A stretch of 64,000 bases of DNA. Origin: Amoebidium appalachense. Its lineage: Eukaryota > Protista > Ichthyosporea. The notes under the pieces are model-generated. The model ran no database searches, was not told the origin of the DNA, and saw only the letters and a program-made list of their open reading frames with translations. Location of the stretch: positions 14,851,615-14,915,614 of the forward strand of contig CAVNZM010000002.1 in NCBI GenBank assembly GCA_963693365.1, read 5' to 3'. Below are positions 1 through 23,480 of the stretch, piece after piece. The first letter of the stretch is position 1. The number at the start of each line of letters is the position of its first letter. A program made the translations under genes and the position numbers.

Positions 1-337
1 CAATATCAGAATTGGGCTCCACATCTAGATGAATGGGTCGTAACTTCTTACACATCCCCCCCCCCCCCCCCCCCCCCCCCCCCAACTTCCCCCACCTTCC
101 CCCCCCCCCCTCCCCCCCCTCCCCCTCCCTTTCCCCTCTTCAATTGCTGCAACTGATAAGGGAACGCCCAGGGAAGCCTTTTTACTTTTGCATGAACGGT
201 TGTAATATGTTACTAAGTTAATCTGCTGTTTATTTTTTATTCTTCTTTCTCGTCATCTATACCGTTCACCACACACCCACTTTGGCTCCCGCAATGCAAT
301 GGCTTACACAACGAACGGGTTCCCGTTGCTTTGGCAG

Positions 338-2753
338 GTGGTATCAGGAGCCTGACTGGGAGTATACGGAGAACATTGGCAAATGTTAAGGTATGTGTGG
401 AATGCCTTTATGCATTCCTGAACAGTTGTATTCTTCCCAGCATTCCGTCAGATAATAAGACAACTTTACACATGAAATATTGTTGAAAGGGCCACTCCTT
501 TTCTTGCCCCTATTGGGGGGCACCCCTCGAACACAGAACATACCTCCTTGACCTGGGCACACCACTAAAAACATGTTGACATGCTTGAATATGGACCGTT
601 GACCGAAATATGCGACGAATTTGTGTTCATAGTAGGCCAGGATGCTGTTCCGTGCAATCACATGTTGTTAGGAGTAGTTTCGTTCAAAAGAGATGACCAG
701 TTTTGGCGCGTGGTTAGGTTTTGAGTGATCTATGTGCACGATAAAGGCAAGAATGCATTTTTTGTAATATTGTTTATTGGTCTCGTTAGAACGATATATC
801 TCACAAGTCTTTTTGACAATTTTAAGTCTTGGGTGTGCTATGCGAAAAATTTCTCCCCATTATGTTTCGTTGATTTTCTCGTTCTGACTAGATATCCAGT
901 CATCAGGGGGCATCATCCACACGAGCGACTCAGATTCATCCGTACCCAACTCTCCCAGAGTCTTCAATACAAAAGGTAATGCGACACTATGAAACTGAAA
1001 AATCTTATTCTGTCTTCATTTAACCCATGTATCGTATGCTTGAATTTTTACTGTTTGTCTAAGTGTCATCAGATCTTCTTTCTGCGCATACCCCTTAATC
1101 CCCCCCCTCCCCCCCCTCCCCCCAATCCCCCCCCCCCCCCCCCCCCCACCACCACCACCACCACCACCAGAATAACGTGCCCCCCCCCTCCCCCCCTCCC
1201 CCTTCGAGGATGGGCTCCGCTTATTATGCTATGTCTACTCTTTGTGTGTGGTTTGGACTCTGCATTGTGTTTTTTGTTTTGAAGTTGTATTTCGTACTCA
1301 AGAACGCATTCAAACCTCCGCGACGAAACCCCCCTTCCCCCCTTTCCCCCCACCCACCCAACCACACACACATACTTTCCCCCCCACCCACCCAACCACA
1401 CACACATACAGACGACAACACGCTCCAGTCAGCACAATCTGCAGGTGCACTATTGGAGAGCCCCTCAGCAGGCAGTCTCCTAGGGCCTAGACTCACTGCA
1501 CCCAAGGCTGTGAGGTCAATCTCATGTGATGCTATCAGGTAGATCACACACTACCCTGTGGCATTAATAACCATACCCTATTTCCACCCTTCCCATATGA
1601 TGCTCTCATTGCGCGATTCCCCACCCCCGTTTTCCACTTCCTCATGTGATGCTACTAGGTAGAACACATGCCATCCACACACACTTATCCTGTGCTTGCT
1701 ATTTCAACGCTGCCTAGACACCCTCTCTCACCCTCGTTCCATGTCCATTTTAGCTGTTGCATTAGTGTCCATTTCGTAGCCTAAACACACCACAGTGGAA
1801 TGGTGTGCTTTTTTCTGCAGCTGTCTTAGGTCTTCAGGCAGAGCAGAACATGACCAATCATGCTCTTCTCCCTCCTCAACCCCCTCCTTACTCGTTCATC
1901 CTTCCCTTCCTGCCTCCTTCCTAACTCCACTCCCTTTCCCTCCTTTTCCAAGCACTCCATGCAACGATTTTGCAGTCCCTGATCCTTTCCCCCTCCCCCC
2001 CCCCCCCCCTCCCCCCCCCCCCCTCTCTCACTAAACCCCTTTACCTCACAAAGTACCCCAACCAGCCCTCTCCCTATCTCTCCTTCAATCACTATTCCCC
2101 ATCCTTCCCACCCTCTTCCCTCCCACCTTGCCTCCTCTCGACCCTCCCACACCCCCTTCCCCATTCCCCTCTCTCATCACCAAACCTTACCAATCTGTTC
2201 CAACAATTTTGCCCCCTAGTTTTTGGGCTTCATACTATGCAGCACATTATAACCCCCCCCCCCCCCCCCCTCCCCCCCCCCCCCCCCCCGGCCCTCCACC
2301 TACCAACCCCCACCACCACTAACCCACACCTCACCTCCCCCCCCCCCCCCCCCCCCCCCCCCCCCGAGGCCCCCCTCTCCGTGCCTCACCCCCCAGCATC
2401 ATCAATACCTCCCGAGACCACTCTCCACCCCGCATTTCGGAGAAAAACCTGATGAAAGACCCCGGGCCTCCTGCCCAAAACCCATCCACCTACGACTATG
2501 TAAATGTTCCCCCCTCTGTGGGGAGTGCACCCAGTGCTAGAAGAATTTCCACCCTTCCGTCTGTCCCTGGGTCCCCACCCAGCTCTCCTTCCTGTTTTCA
2601 AAAAGACGGGAAGAGTGCTGTGACGGGGATTGTCTATAGCCCACAGACAAGGAGACAGTCCCGGGTAGGTGCTGGTGTCCGTGCATGTGCGCCGGTGTGT
2701 TTTCTTTTCTTTTCTTTCTTTCTTTTTTTTTTTTTTTGGTGGGGGGAGGGGAA

Positions 2754-2794
<41 letters not shown>

Positions 2795-3727
2795 GGAATG
2801 CAAACATCACCTATGTGTGAGAATGTAATTAGCAGCTGGGTGCATTAACTGGGATATAAGCAATTGGGGTTGGTGGTATGAAGGTAAATCTGAGAGGAAT
2901 CACAGATGAAGGTTATCACATATAGGATAGCGCTTAACATTTTGCTGCTAGAGCCAGGCACACACACTGCTGCTTTCACCTTCACCACGGACAGTTTCAG
3001 TAGTTACCAACTCTTCAATTGAATTGATCGCGAATGTTAATGAGTTGGTTGCACAAACAGCATTTTTCGCTGCAGATGGGTACAATTAATAAAGTGTCAT
3101 CCTTTAATTGGGGTTCGTGCCTGATTGGCTGCAGCCTTTTTCAAGCACATGTTGTACTGATTTTCTTTAACATCATTAGTAACTTCCCACTTTATGCAGA
3201 CACGGTCCAGCAGTGGGCAGGGACAACCCACTGGTTCCTTTTTCGGCAGGTTCGGGGGATCCTTTAAAGGAACATCGACACAGTCTGTGCAATCAACCAG
3301 CGACAGCAGTATCAACGTGGACAGTTTTGACAAGAGTAGAGGGAAAGGTATGAACGTATCTTTGACCTTAGTCGTTGCTTTACCTGCGGGATTTGTTAAG
3401 CTGGTAATGTGTCAAGCCGAATTACTTGGCCCCGGATAAAGCCCGCTGGAGGAGACGGGGGGGAGGGGAGGGGGGAGGGGGGGAGGGAGGGGGGAGAAGA
3501 AGGAGGGGAGGGGGGGAGGGGGGAGGGGGGGGGGGGGGGATTTTCTGGAGTCTCAAGAGCACACAGACGTTTTCTGCACTCCCAGTGTTAGTTCTTTCCT
3601 CCCCATAGGGATCTTCGTCGCGCCCTGTTCACTGCAAATTTCTTTGCTGCTTGAAGTATCTTTCCGGTTTTTGATTTCCCGGTTGGGATTGCCCCTCTTA
3701 GCTACCCCCTCCCCTCCCCTGTTAGCT

Positions 3728-3759
<32 letters not shown>

Positions 3760-4877
3760 CCCCCTCCCCCCCGCCCGCCCATCCCCCCTTTCCCGGGAGG
3801 ACAAATTTACACACGAATGTACACACCTAAACACTTCTTCCTGCCATTTTTGGTTTGCTGACTTCGCCACGTGCAGCCGGTCCACCGCCCACCCATGCCC
3901 CAGCCAATGGCGCAAGCTCCCTTCCAGCCTTAAATAGTAACATGAGTCTCCAGAGTAGAAGTGGTGACCTGAGTACACCAAGCTCCCCTGCTACAAGTAA
4001 ACCTCCCCCCACCCCCCACCCCCCCCTTTCCCCCTCCCCCCCCGCCCCCGTCCCCCGCGTGCGCCCCCACCTCCTCCCCCCCCCCCCCCCCCCCCCCCCC
4101 CCGCCCTTATCTTCCTTCCCCCGTTACCCCCAGCAACACATACGCTTCATAAGCTATTGGTATGATCATACCTGGTTACTGACCATCTGCAGCACATGAT
4201 CTATCTAAGACCTTGTAAAGTGTACATGGTCCTGTGTAGTACATTACAAACCCCCTCCCCTCCCGGCCCCCCTCCCCAACCCCCCCCCCCCCCTCCCTCC
4301 CTCCCTCCCCCCCCCCCCACCACCACTGCTACTCCCCCCCCCCCCTCCGCACACACACACATCCACCCACTCACCTCATCTCATCAGACATACTCGCTCC
4401 CTTGCATTTCATCCATACGCTCTTTCTGTCCTCCGTTTCTTTCCCACCACAACCCTCCCAACACACCAAAATATGCAAGACACTCAGATTTTTCCCCTTA
4501 TTACCCTGCCCCAGCTATAGGCTTTTTTTCATATTGCTATACTCTTTTTGTTTGCTCGTTTTGACGACCTCTGTACAGCGTGAATATACACTTCCTGACC
4601 GGTACATTATTCATGCAACCCCCCCCCCTCCCCCCCCCCCCCCCCCCCCCCTCCCTCCACCCTCGCCATTCCCTCCCACAAAAGGATGGGCTCTACGTGT
4701 GTTGGTACTTTTTCCGTGGTCCTTCTTTGTGCACATATGCTTATTTTCCCGTTTTGAACGAGCACGTCATGTATAGGGCACCAAATTCTAACCTCTCCCC
4801 CCCCTCCCCCCCCTTCCCCCCCCCCCCCCCCTCCCCTACTTCCCGTGCATGTACATGCTTTCGCATAAGACAGCGGC

Positions 4878-4974
<97 letters not shown>

Positions 4975-5164
4975 ACACACACGTACACACACGTGCACAC
5001 ACGTACACACACACACAGCGCCTTCACGTTGTCGGCATTCTGCAGTGCACCGCAGCCACAGTGTACTCCCGCAACAGCTAAGTGCCGTCACCAGAGAACT
5101 CGACATGCAGGTGGCATCTATGGCTAGTCAGGTCGATGAGATGCTGCATGCACTCGCCGAATAA
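338..5164 (+). CDS. 3' portion of a multi-exon gene encoding a Ser/Pro-rich, low-complexity protein with a C-terminal helical/coiled-coil segment (5' end upstream of the window)
   Basis: Phase-compatible GT-AG exons: ~338-384/390 (uncertain), 892-975, 1412-1538, ~2398-2664, ~3200-3348, ~3877-3995, 5019-5164 (TAA). Translation includes [40 protein letters not shown] and ends [28 protein letters not shown]. No catalytic domain is visible in the window. Confidence 0.7.
1206..1335 (+). mobile_element. Family-B short retroposon-like copy (GAGGATGGGCTC...GCATTCAAACC) between C-rich tracts
   Basis: Aligns by eye along its length with 50649-50760 and shares start and end motifs with 44556-44694 and the 54249-55109 copies. 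Confidence 0.6.
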
Positions 5165-5925
5165 AATTATATTTTGATACTAAAACTTTAATGCTTAGGT
5201 TAATGGATAGTTTTTATTACCGAGTTTGTATGATGCTTTGTTCAGCGTGCAAGGTTCAGAACAAATCAAGGTGTTAACAAAGGTCGACTAAAGATAGGCC
5301 AATGCTTCTTTTTTGTTGGTGCGAGATGCAGTAACAGGAACTCAAGTTCAAAGTTCTCTTTTTTTTTGGCCTCCGTGTTTCCAAACGGGTTTTGTATCTA
5401 GAACATTTTTCTTAGTCTGTGTCACAAGGAAATGTTTTGTGACGCTTTGTATTATAGTCTCAGTTTTAGGTTTCGATAAACACCATCCGAAAATGGAATT
5501 GAGGATTCACTCGGTAGTGAGCAGAAGGGGGGAAAAGGGGGGGGGGGGGGGGGGGGGGGGGGGGGGCGGATGGGTGGGTGGGGGGGGGAGAGGGGAGGGG
5601 GGGGGGAGGGGGGAGAGGGGAGGGGAGGGGGAGGGGGGGACTGTAAAGTGTTTATTGGATAGAGTTGTGGATTTTTGATAATTCGAAGCAGTTATGGGCC
5701 ATGAGCGAATTTCAAACCATCCGCGTCCAGATCGAGTTGGCAATGTTTCCGTAGAAAGTGTAGTGCAAAGAAGCCAAATGATTGACCGAGTATCGTCACC
5801 ATGTATAGTAAGATATTTCACCTTATAAGCACGCGAATGTAGCCTATTGCTCATAAACTACCAAAAAATATCCACATTTCAACTAAGTCTTTGACTAAGT
5901 GTTCTAATTATAAGCTGCTACAGCA

Positions 5926-7216
5926 CTAATACACCACCCATAATGTACCCAGCAAAGTCAGGACACAAGTGTGCACACTTGCGAGCGGTACTGTGTGCAT
6001 TTTCTCCCCACCACTCGTTCTCCCGCCTACAACTGGAGTCGTCGCTATTGGCTCAATCGCTTTTGCACTAAAATCTAACGCACATGTAACAGGTTGTTCA
6101 CCACTTCCTTTCATCTTCTCTTGTATCCACCCCAAAAAAGCTGACGTTAAAGTATATAACCCAACGCTCCTAATCAAGTTGTTCGTTTTCAGGCATGCAA
6201 ATCCACTATTCACCAAACCGACGTGACACACATGACTTGCGCTCGAATTAAAGAAAACCAGTGGGCCCCCGCTGTCGCCGCCACACGCATCCTTATTTGG
6301 TCCGCCTGCACAAATCGTCGTATTCATGTCTGCATATGGGTTGAGGGCGCTGCATCTTGCCTTTCTTTCGATTGTTAAGACACCCTTTGCAAGATATCTG
6401 GCAATAGGCCGCCGTCGCCATCATCCTGTGTGTTGTATAGGTACCCCCACCCCAAAACATCAACTTCTTCCGTAGAAACTGAATCTGTCGCCACATTGAC
6501 GTTTGTGTTTATCTGCAAGTATGCAGGCAGTATTACGGGTTTATCCAGTCGTATCAAAGCAATATCATTGGAAAACATAGCATTTGTGCCCCATGTACTG
6601 AGGTATTTCTCATAAACAATGAAGCTAACGGGCCGCCGAACCGTAAACTCGCCGATGGTTTCTCTAAGTGGAATATCCGTAACGAGGGGGGTCTTGGGAG
6701 AAAATGGAATAGTGAGCTCCGATTGGGGGAGCTTTTCCCACCCACCGATTAATAGCAATGCTGCAGGGAGGTTGTATGAAGAGCCGTTTGTGCTTTGTAC
6801 GGCAATTTTCAAGTTGGGGTTGTACGCTTTCCCCTCATTGCTTACAAGGCAGTGGGCTGCTGTGAGAACCCAACTCGGCGATATTAGAGCCCCCCCCGCA
6901 AAACATTTGCTCGTAGTAAATTTCCTGTGCCGATGTGTTTAGGTTGTTGATTAACCCTATAGCTATTCCCACCATCCATGGTTGCGCTGGGGTGTCCAAG
7001 CCGCCCAGAATAGGCTTCAAGTATGGTGTTTTGAGGGCAGTGGAACTGTTCGTTGACAGCGGCTGACTGCGGGGGGAGTGTTTTTTGCTGTGTGCTGCTG
7101 TGGCCATGGGGAGACCCAGTGTGTGGGCATTTTGTACATGTGGGTGGACAGCAAAAGCCACGACTAGAAGAGAAATTAGATGTAACCGTGTAGAGAGAGA
7201 TTGGCTTCGTTTTCAT
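5926..7216 (-). CDS. Intronless trypsin-like (S1A) serine protease with signal peptide and hydrophobic GPI-signal-like C-terminus; three frameshifts (sequencing error or pseudogene)
   Basis: Joined frames give ILGG activation site, CGGALISPSWVLTAAHC (His), NDIALIRL (Asp) and DACGGDSGGPL (Ser). N-terminus has LHLISLLVVAFAV; C-terminus is VLTLLGTLWVVY. Frame breaks lie in a (CT)n run ~7192-7199, a C8 run 6890-6897 and a short T run ~6377. Confidence 0.88.
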
Positions 7217-8288
7217 GTTTAGAAATTTTTGTAGCCAAGCGATCCTGTGTGCATATGTGTTGACTATGTATACTTGTACGTACACACCCTCACATGGATT
7301 AAGGTGTATACATAGGTAGACTTGGATCTCCTTTTAGTCGTGGGCAACCATGAGGAGGCTAGTTGAAAATGTTGTCTATCACATCGGTGTCATTATTCGA
7401 ACGAAACATTATTGCTACGTTTGCATTAGCCTGGCCACACTGTATGTATGTATGCCGACTGTGCAGGGCTGCATCGATGAGAAGTCCAGACCACATATGC
7501 ATGGAAAACAGGACTCAACTTAGAAATATAGTTATCATCAATAAGCGCTTCGGTAAAATGGCGTGATGCACGTGGCATAAATCTTTCAAACGTTTGGCAG
7601 ATGAAAGCATGGAACTACAGTATAGCCATGCACAAACGTGTTTCCTTCTGTGTACATATCAGCTCTCTAAACAACAACTTGGTGGTGCGTTTACACAGGG
7701 TTGTAAAAACGAGTCACTTGGTTTGAGCGTACAGCCACGTTCGTGCCACTTTGTAGTACACACTATGTCATAACATTGAAAAATTTCCAGCCTCTGATAT
7801 ATAATTTAATCTATCGTCGGGCGCTCTTATCCTACAATCTACTACATGGCAAGCGTATTATTTACTGCGGTGCCTAACCAGTTGGTATAAGAGTTGGTAT
7901 ACTGGTGGTACTGTTAGTTCCACGATGAATACATTTCGACCCCGGTCCTGTGGTGATACACTTTTATCCAATGAAAACGAGCCTCATTTCGAGATTCTGA
8001 TGACGTCATGTGTGTGTACGGGGGACCGTTGGTGGTTGGCAGTACTGTGCTGGTGTTTCGTGTGTGTTTATGTTTATGTGCTCGCGAACTATTATTATTA
8101 CAAATATCATGTTTGTGCGGCGTGTCTTTGGAAGCGTACATAACTCTTCTGCTACTCCTTTTCTGCTTTGAAACCGTGACACATGCACGTGGATATTTAT
8201 CCACCCAACGCGATATATGTACACGCGTACCATCATCGGAGATCTCCACCTGCGATGACGAGCATACAGACAGGCAATAGCCGTTGCA

Positions 8289-8929
8289 TGTAGAATGACT
8301 CGAGCTCAGGAAGAAAGGCTCATTCCCCTGGGAAAAGCCCTAAGTCTCCCTGAGAAAGCCTTCGGATATAGAGAAAGATTCGGTGAAGCCAGGGCTGACA
8401 GGCTCAGCCTGACTGACAGAGAGAAGGAGTGACGGCCTTGAAGCGGATTGGGTGAAAGGAGGAAAGCACGAAAGCACAGGTGCGCGGCGCAAAGAGTGCG
8501 CAATTTCAGAGACGTTTTAGAATATCTACTCTATTTATTATCCCAGATCTGACCTGTCTAAATCTGAGCTTATTCCGGCGGCCAACTCACTTATATACCC
8601 TCAAGTATTTATAGTGCGGCACAAGGATTGCACCCTAAACCCTTATATAGTGCTAAGGCAGCCAAGACGACCAGAAGGGTCGGCCAAGCTTACGTAATGC
8701 TGACGTAATGGCTAAGGAAACTGATCGAACTGAACAGAAGACTGATCGATGGCGAGCTTATAGTCTTGGCTATCCTAATATAGAAGCTTTCCCGAATACA
8801 TCTAGAATCTGAAGAGCCTAATCTAAGGTGATCGGGATCTTATACAAATATACCATATATGGTTATTTATATCTCTAATACCATTGGTCTAGAACGCATT
8901 CTAAAATTAACCATATTTAGTCTATAACA
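8289..8929 (-). mobile_element. Probable solo LTR (~640 bp)
   Basis: Minus strand begins TGTTATAGA and ends TTCTACA (TG...CA). CTATAAATAC TATA box at 8605-8614 is followed by AATAAA at 8534-8539. No microsatellites and no ORF. No matching TSD found. Confidence 0.5.
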
Positions 8930-9395
8930 CACTAATACTACTGGTTGATATTTGTCATACATGACACCATGACATGTCACAGAGCACTTCTGGCAAGGCG
9001 TTTGATTGGCTTTTTACGCACCCCAAACTATTTGCTGGTGAGCCACACGTTTCCGTGATGAGCCAGCTGTGCATGTGGTTCCCAGCCGCGGGGAAAACAG
9101 CCCGTGCATGAAACATGAAACATCAACGTTATGCTTTCGTCTGAAACGCAGGTCTAGTTTGATGCTTTGTGCTTATAAGTAGCTTGCTAAGTATATATCT
9201 TGTGGCAGGCTAGATCAAAGTTGTGTAGAGACGAGGGAAAAAAGAAGCTGCCTGACCTCAAACAGAGCGAGAAAGGGCAGATTACTTGCTACTACGAGTG
9301 ATTCCTCAGTTACACACATCAGTCAAGTCAAATCAATAATCAAAAGAAGTCGTTATTTCAAAGCTATTTTAACTTTGTTAGAGAGAAGTGTAATC

Positions 9396-19739
<10,344 letters not shown>

Positions 19740-20001
19740 CAGACATTAAACTAGACCTCCGGTAACTGTTCTTTATGTCTCTCCACCCCCCTCCCCCCTC
19801 CCCCTCCTTCCCCTTGCCCACCCGCCCTTTAGAGCCCATATGTGGGGGGGGGGGGGGGGGGGGGGGGAGGGGTTGGAGAGAGGGGGGGGGGGGGGGGGGG
19901 GATAACCAACAGGACCACCTAGTTTGTGTTTGTGAAAATAAGGTGCCTCTGGTCGAAGTGGGTTCGGGTCTTTTTGGGGGGGAGAGGGACCTGCCTGGAG
20001 G

Positions 20002-20038
<37 letters not shown>

Positions 20039-21935
20039 CTGTCTTACTGACATGTTCGTATTTTTCATATGGCAGGAATGCAACGTGCAACGGCTGGCTA
20101 GATTGGGCAAGCGGGCGACTGGCTGACGAATAGGATTGCATTATTGCAGGCGTTGTTTACTGTCACTTCGTGGCTGAAAATGTTCTATAATATGTACTTT
20201 TACAGAGAATGTCTATATAGGTTGAATACAACATAACATAAACAAAAGCATGATTCCATGGGATTGCTAGTTGTTGTTTTATGGTGATGTGTGGTGATGC
20301 CATGTGCTGTTTGGCGATAAATTCGGGAAATCGAGTAGATTGGTCGGTACTTTTCCCTTATTTTTTACTGCATGCCATTAAATGACCACATGCACTCAGA
20401 CGTGTTTGGTCTTTTAAAGTCACATGACGGCTGCTTCAGATTACAGCCGTGCATCTTGAAATATTTTTAATACTGTCTCCAAACAAAATTAATCATCACT
20501 GCTTGAGACATACAGCACATTTAGCTTTTTATACAAGTATGATGGCGTGATTTATTGGGGGGGGGGGGGGGGGAGGGGGGGGAGGGGGGGGGAAGTGCTT
20601 TTTATTAACGACATGTATGTGAGCTGTGATGCGGTGCCAGGACTAGGCCAACAGTACATACCGAACACCCAATAAGATACACGTGTCCGACGTGTGTAGA
20701 TAATAAAGTTACTAGCCTGCGACAAGATACATCATACATCATACGTACGTGGGGATATAACCTTTTTTTTTTTTTTTTTTTGATTCATAATACATGTACA
20801 TGCATGACGTGTGTAATTACGGACGCGTAAGATACATCCGACTGCTTCATATTGTTCATGCTCCAGCATATGCATGCTTCCACTTTCATAGAAAAACTTG
20901 ATCGGAATACATGTACGGTAAGAACTTTGAAAGTAAAAATCGAATAAAACGGGCTATGAAAACAGTGTATCTAGAGTCGTGGTCAACACCTCCTCGTATG
21001 CACCAGCCTAACTTAATAATATCCCCCCTTCTCCCCCCTCTCCCCCCCCCCCCCCCTTTTGTTTCTCTCTGTCTCTTTCTGAGAGGCTAAATCTTTCAGA
21101 GGCTCTCTCTCTCTCTCTCTCTCTCGCTCGCTCTCTCTCTCCCTTCTCCCCCCCCCCCCCCCCCCTCCTTCCCTCTCCCTCCCTGCCTCTCTCTCTCCCC
21201 CACCCACTTCTCTCTCTCGCTCTCTCTCTCTCTCTCAGATTGAGACTCTCCCCCCCTCTCTCTCTCTCTCTCCCTCTCTCTCTCGATCTCTCTCTCCCCC
21301 TCTCTCTGATCTCTCTGAGCTCTCCTCCCGTTAGCTCTTTCGAGTCTCACCCGGGTCCCCTCCAGCGCATGTACAGTGTGCACACACACACACACACGCA
21401 CGCACGCAAGAACATGTACCGGTACACACGCACACGTGCACGCGCACGCACACACACACACACGACACACGCATGTACGCATACATGATTCACACGCACA
21501 CATATACATACATGCACACGTACATACACACACGCACACGCACACAGTGTCACACGCACGCACGTGCACGTGTGCACACACACGCCATCTGGCCTATGAC
21601 ACACCTTTATCCCCACAGTCACGCATGCACGCACATGCACACCGTGGCACACCCTAGTACACACACAGAATCGATATCACCCACACACGCATACACGCAC
21701 ACACACCGTGAGGCACACACACGCACACACACACACACACACGCACACACGCAAGCACGCACACACGCACACACACACACACACAACACCACCACCACCA
21801 CCACCACCACCACCACGTGATTTTCAAGCCCTCCTAAATATTTATCTTAATTGGTAAAGCATGTAACGAATAATTGCATAAATGATAATTGCTTTATCTA
21901 CTAAAGCAAAAATTCCTGTCTAGCGATAAAGTCCC

Positions 21936-22062
21936 TTCCAAGTGCGTAGAATCTTTCCTAAGTGCACAGGATCTCTGCTAAATGCATAATATCTTTCCTA
22001 AGTGCGCATGATCTCCCCTAAGTGCGTAGGATCTTTCTTAAGTGCGCAGGATCTTTCCTAAG
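21936..22062. repeat. 20-bp tandem repeat, ~6.5 degenerate units (AGTGCGYAGGATCTTTCCTA)
   Basis: Exact 20-bp periodicity with no spacers. Confidence 0.85.
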
Positions 22063-23350
22063 CTAGTTGGACCCTTCAGACTAAATTTGGTTTCTACCCA
22101 GGAAAATGCTATTTTATTATTTAGTGTAGAATGTGTGCATGGCCAGCACTTGCATGTGCAGGTATGTAGCAACGTCACCGTCGGTAGGCGCACACACCAG
22201 TTGACCCACGTGCATCTGTGAAACATCTCTGGGTCCTCCAGTCCTCTCCAGGGTTCGAAGTTACGAAAAATAATCGGAATTTCCGATATTTGAAAACACA
22301 GTTCCGAAAATCGTCCCGGCCGAATCGGAACTCCTGCGACCCCGCCCCCCCCCCCCCCCCCCCCCCCCCGGGGGGGGGGGGGTTGACCATACCTCTCCTA
22401 TCCATAGATCTCTATCCAGTATAATCTAGAGAGACGGGGGTTTGGGGGGTTCCACATGTATGCTTTTTTCTTGTTCATTGGCTGTGACACACCCTCCAAT
22501 GAAACCCTTGAATTCCTCTTTTGCCCACCTCTTCTTTTCCCTTGACGATCACGTGCCAACTCATGAACGCGTATTCTCGCCTTTTTGCGTTCCTGTTGTC
22601 TTTGCGCGTGCCTGCTGTGTTCCCTGTTGTTGGCGCCAAAGTCTTTTTTGCCGTGAAAAACTTCGCTTCCCTCCGCGCCTTTTCGCTTCCCTCCGCGCCT
22701 TTTCAGCCTCACACTCCGCCCGGGGGGAAGCTTCTCATGACTTCGCAGGTCTCATCATACACGGGGCATACACCACCCACACAAGCTGCACACGTACGTA
22801 CGTGTCTCCCTGTCCCTGTAGAATGTTCAATGGCAGACCCTGACTACAGCGCCAACCTAGCACGTGTACATGTTGTCACACCAAACACATTTATGCACAC
22901 ACCCAAGCGCGCACACACACACACACACACACAGACACACACACACACATTCACACACACACAGCCGTGACACCACATATGCATCATAGCAATGCATGGC
23001 CACATGAACATACAATGCATATGCCTGCACATGTATACATAGGTTGCAGAACGCGGTTTGATTGGTCATTTGAACAGCTCAAATTGGCTGGTTCAGGGAC
23101 CCAATCCGAATCGGGGAAGGCACAAATTGCGTTAACTATACTAGTAACATGATTCATGATCATGTTCATTAAATAAAAGAAAATGCGTGCACTGGGAAAA
23201 AATAAGGCCACGGACACAGTGACACACACAGGAACTAGATACATATGCACACATAGTATATATATCCTCATATACACTGGCACTGCCGCACATATGTGTA
23301 AGAGGACGTGACCGTACGTATATACGTAGACAAAATGTATATATATATGG

Positions 23351-23381
23351 GGGTTTACGCTGTTTACTCGAGGCAAAGAGA
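23351..23381 (-). mobile_element. 31-bp extreme 3'-terminal fragment of family-A1 retrotransposon with 12-bp TSD
   Basis: GGGTTTACGCTGTTTACTCGAGGCAAAGAGA is identical to 57103-57133 and to the reverse complement of ~63639-63669. Flanked by ATATATATATGG at 23339-23350 and 23382-23393. Confidence 0.75.
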
Positions 23382-23480
23382 ATATATATATGGTGCATTA
23401 ATGCACTTCATATTTCCCTTTTATTCCTTCAAAGCTTCAACTGCCAACACCAGGAAGGCCTCTTATAACCACAGGGTTTT

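Noticed and set aside
20642-21010. Harbinger-like MITE (TAGGC...GCCTA ends)
   Set aside because: The inverted match is too short and gapped to support.
21936-22062. 20-bp periodic array as a CRISPR
   Set aside because: Units are contiguous with no unique spacers, there are no cas genes, and the context is eukaryotic.
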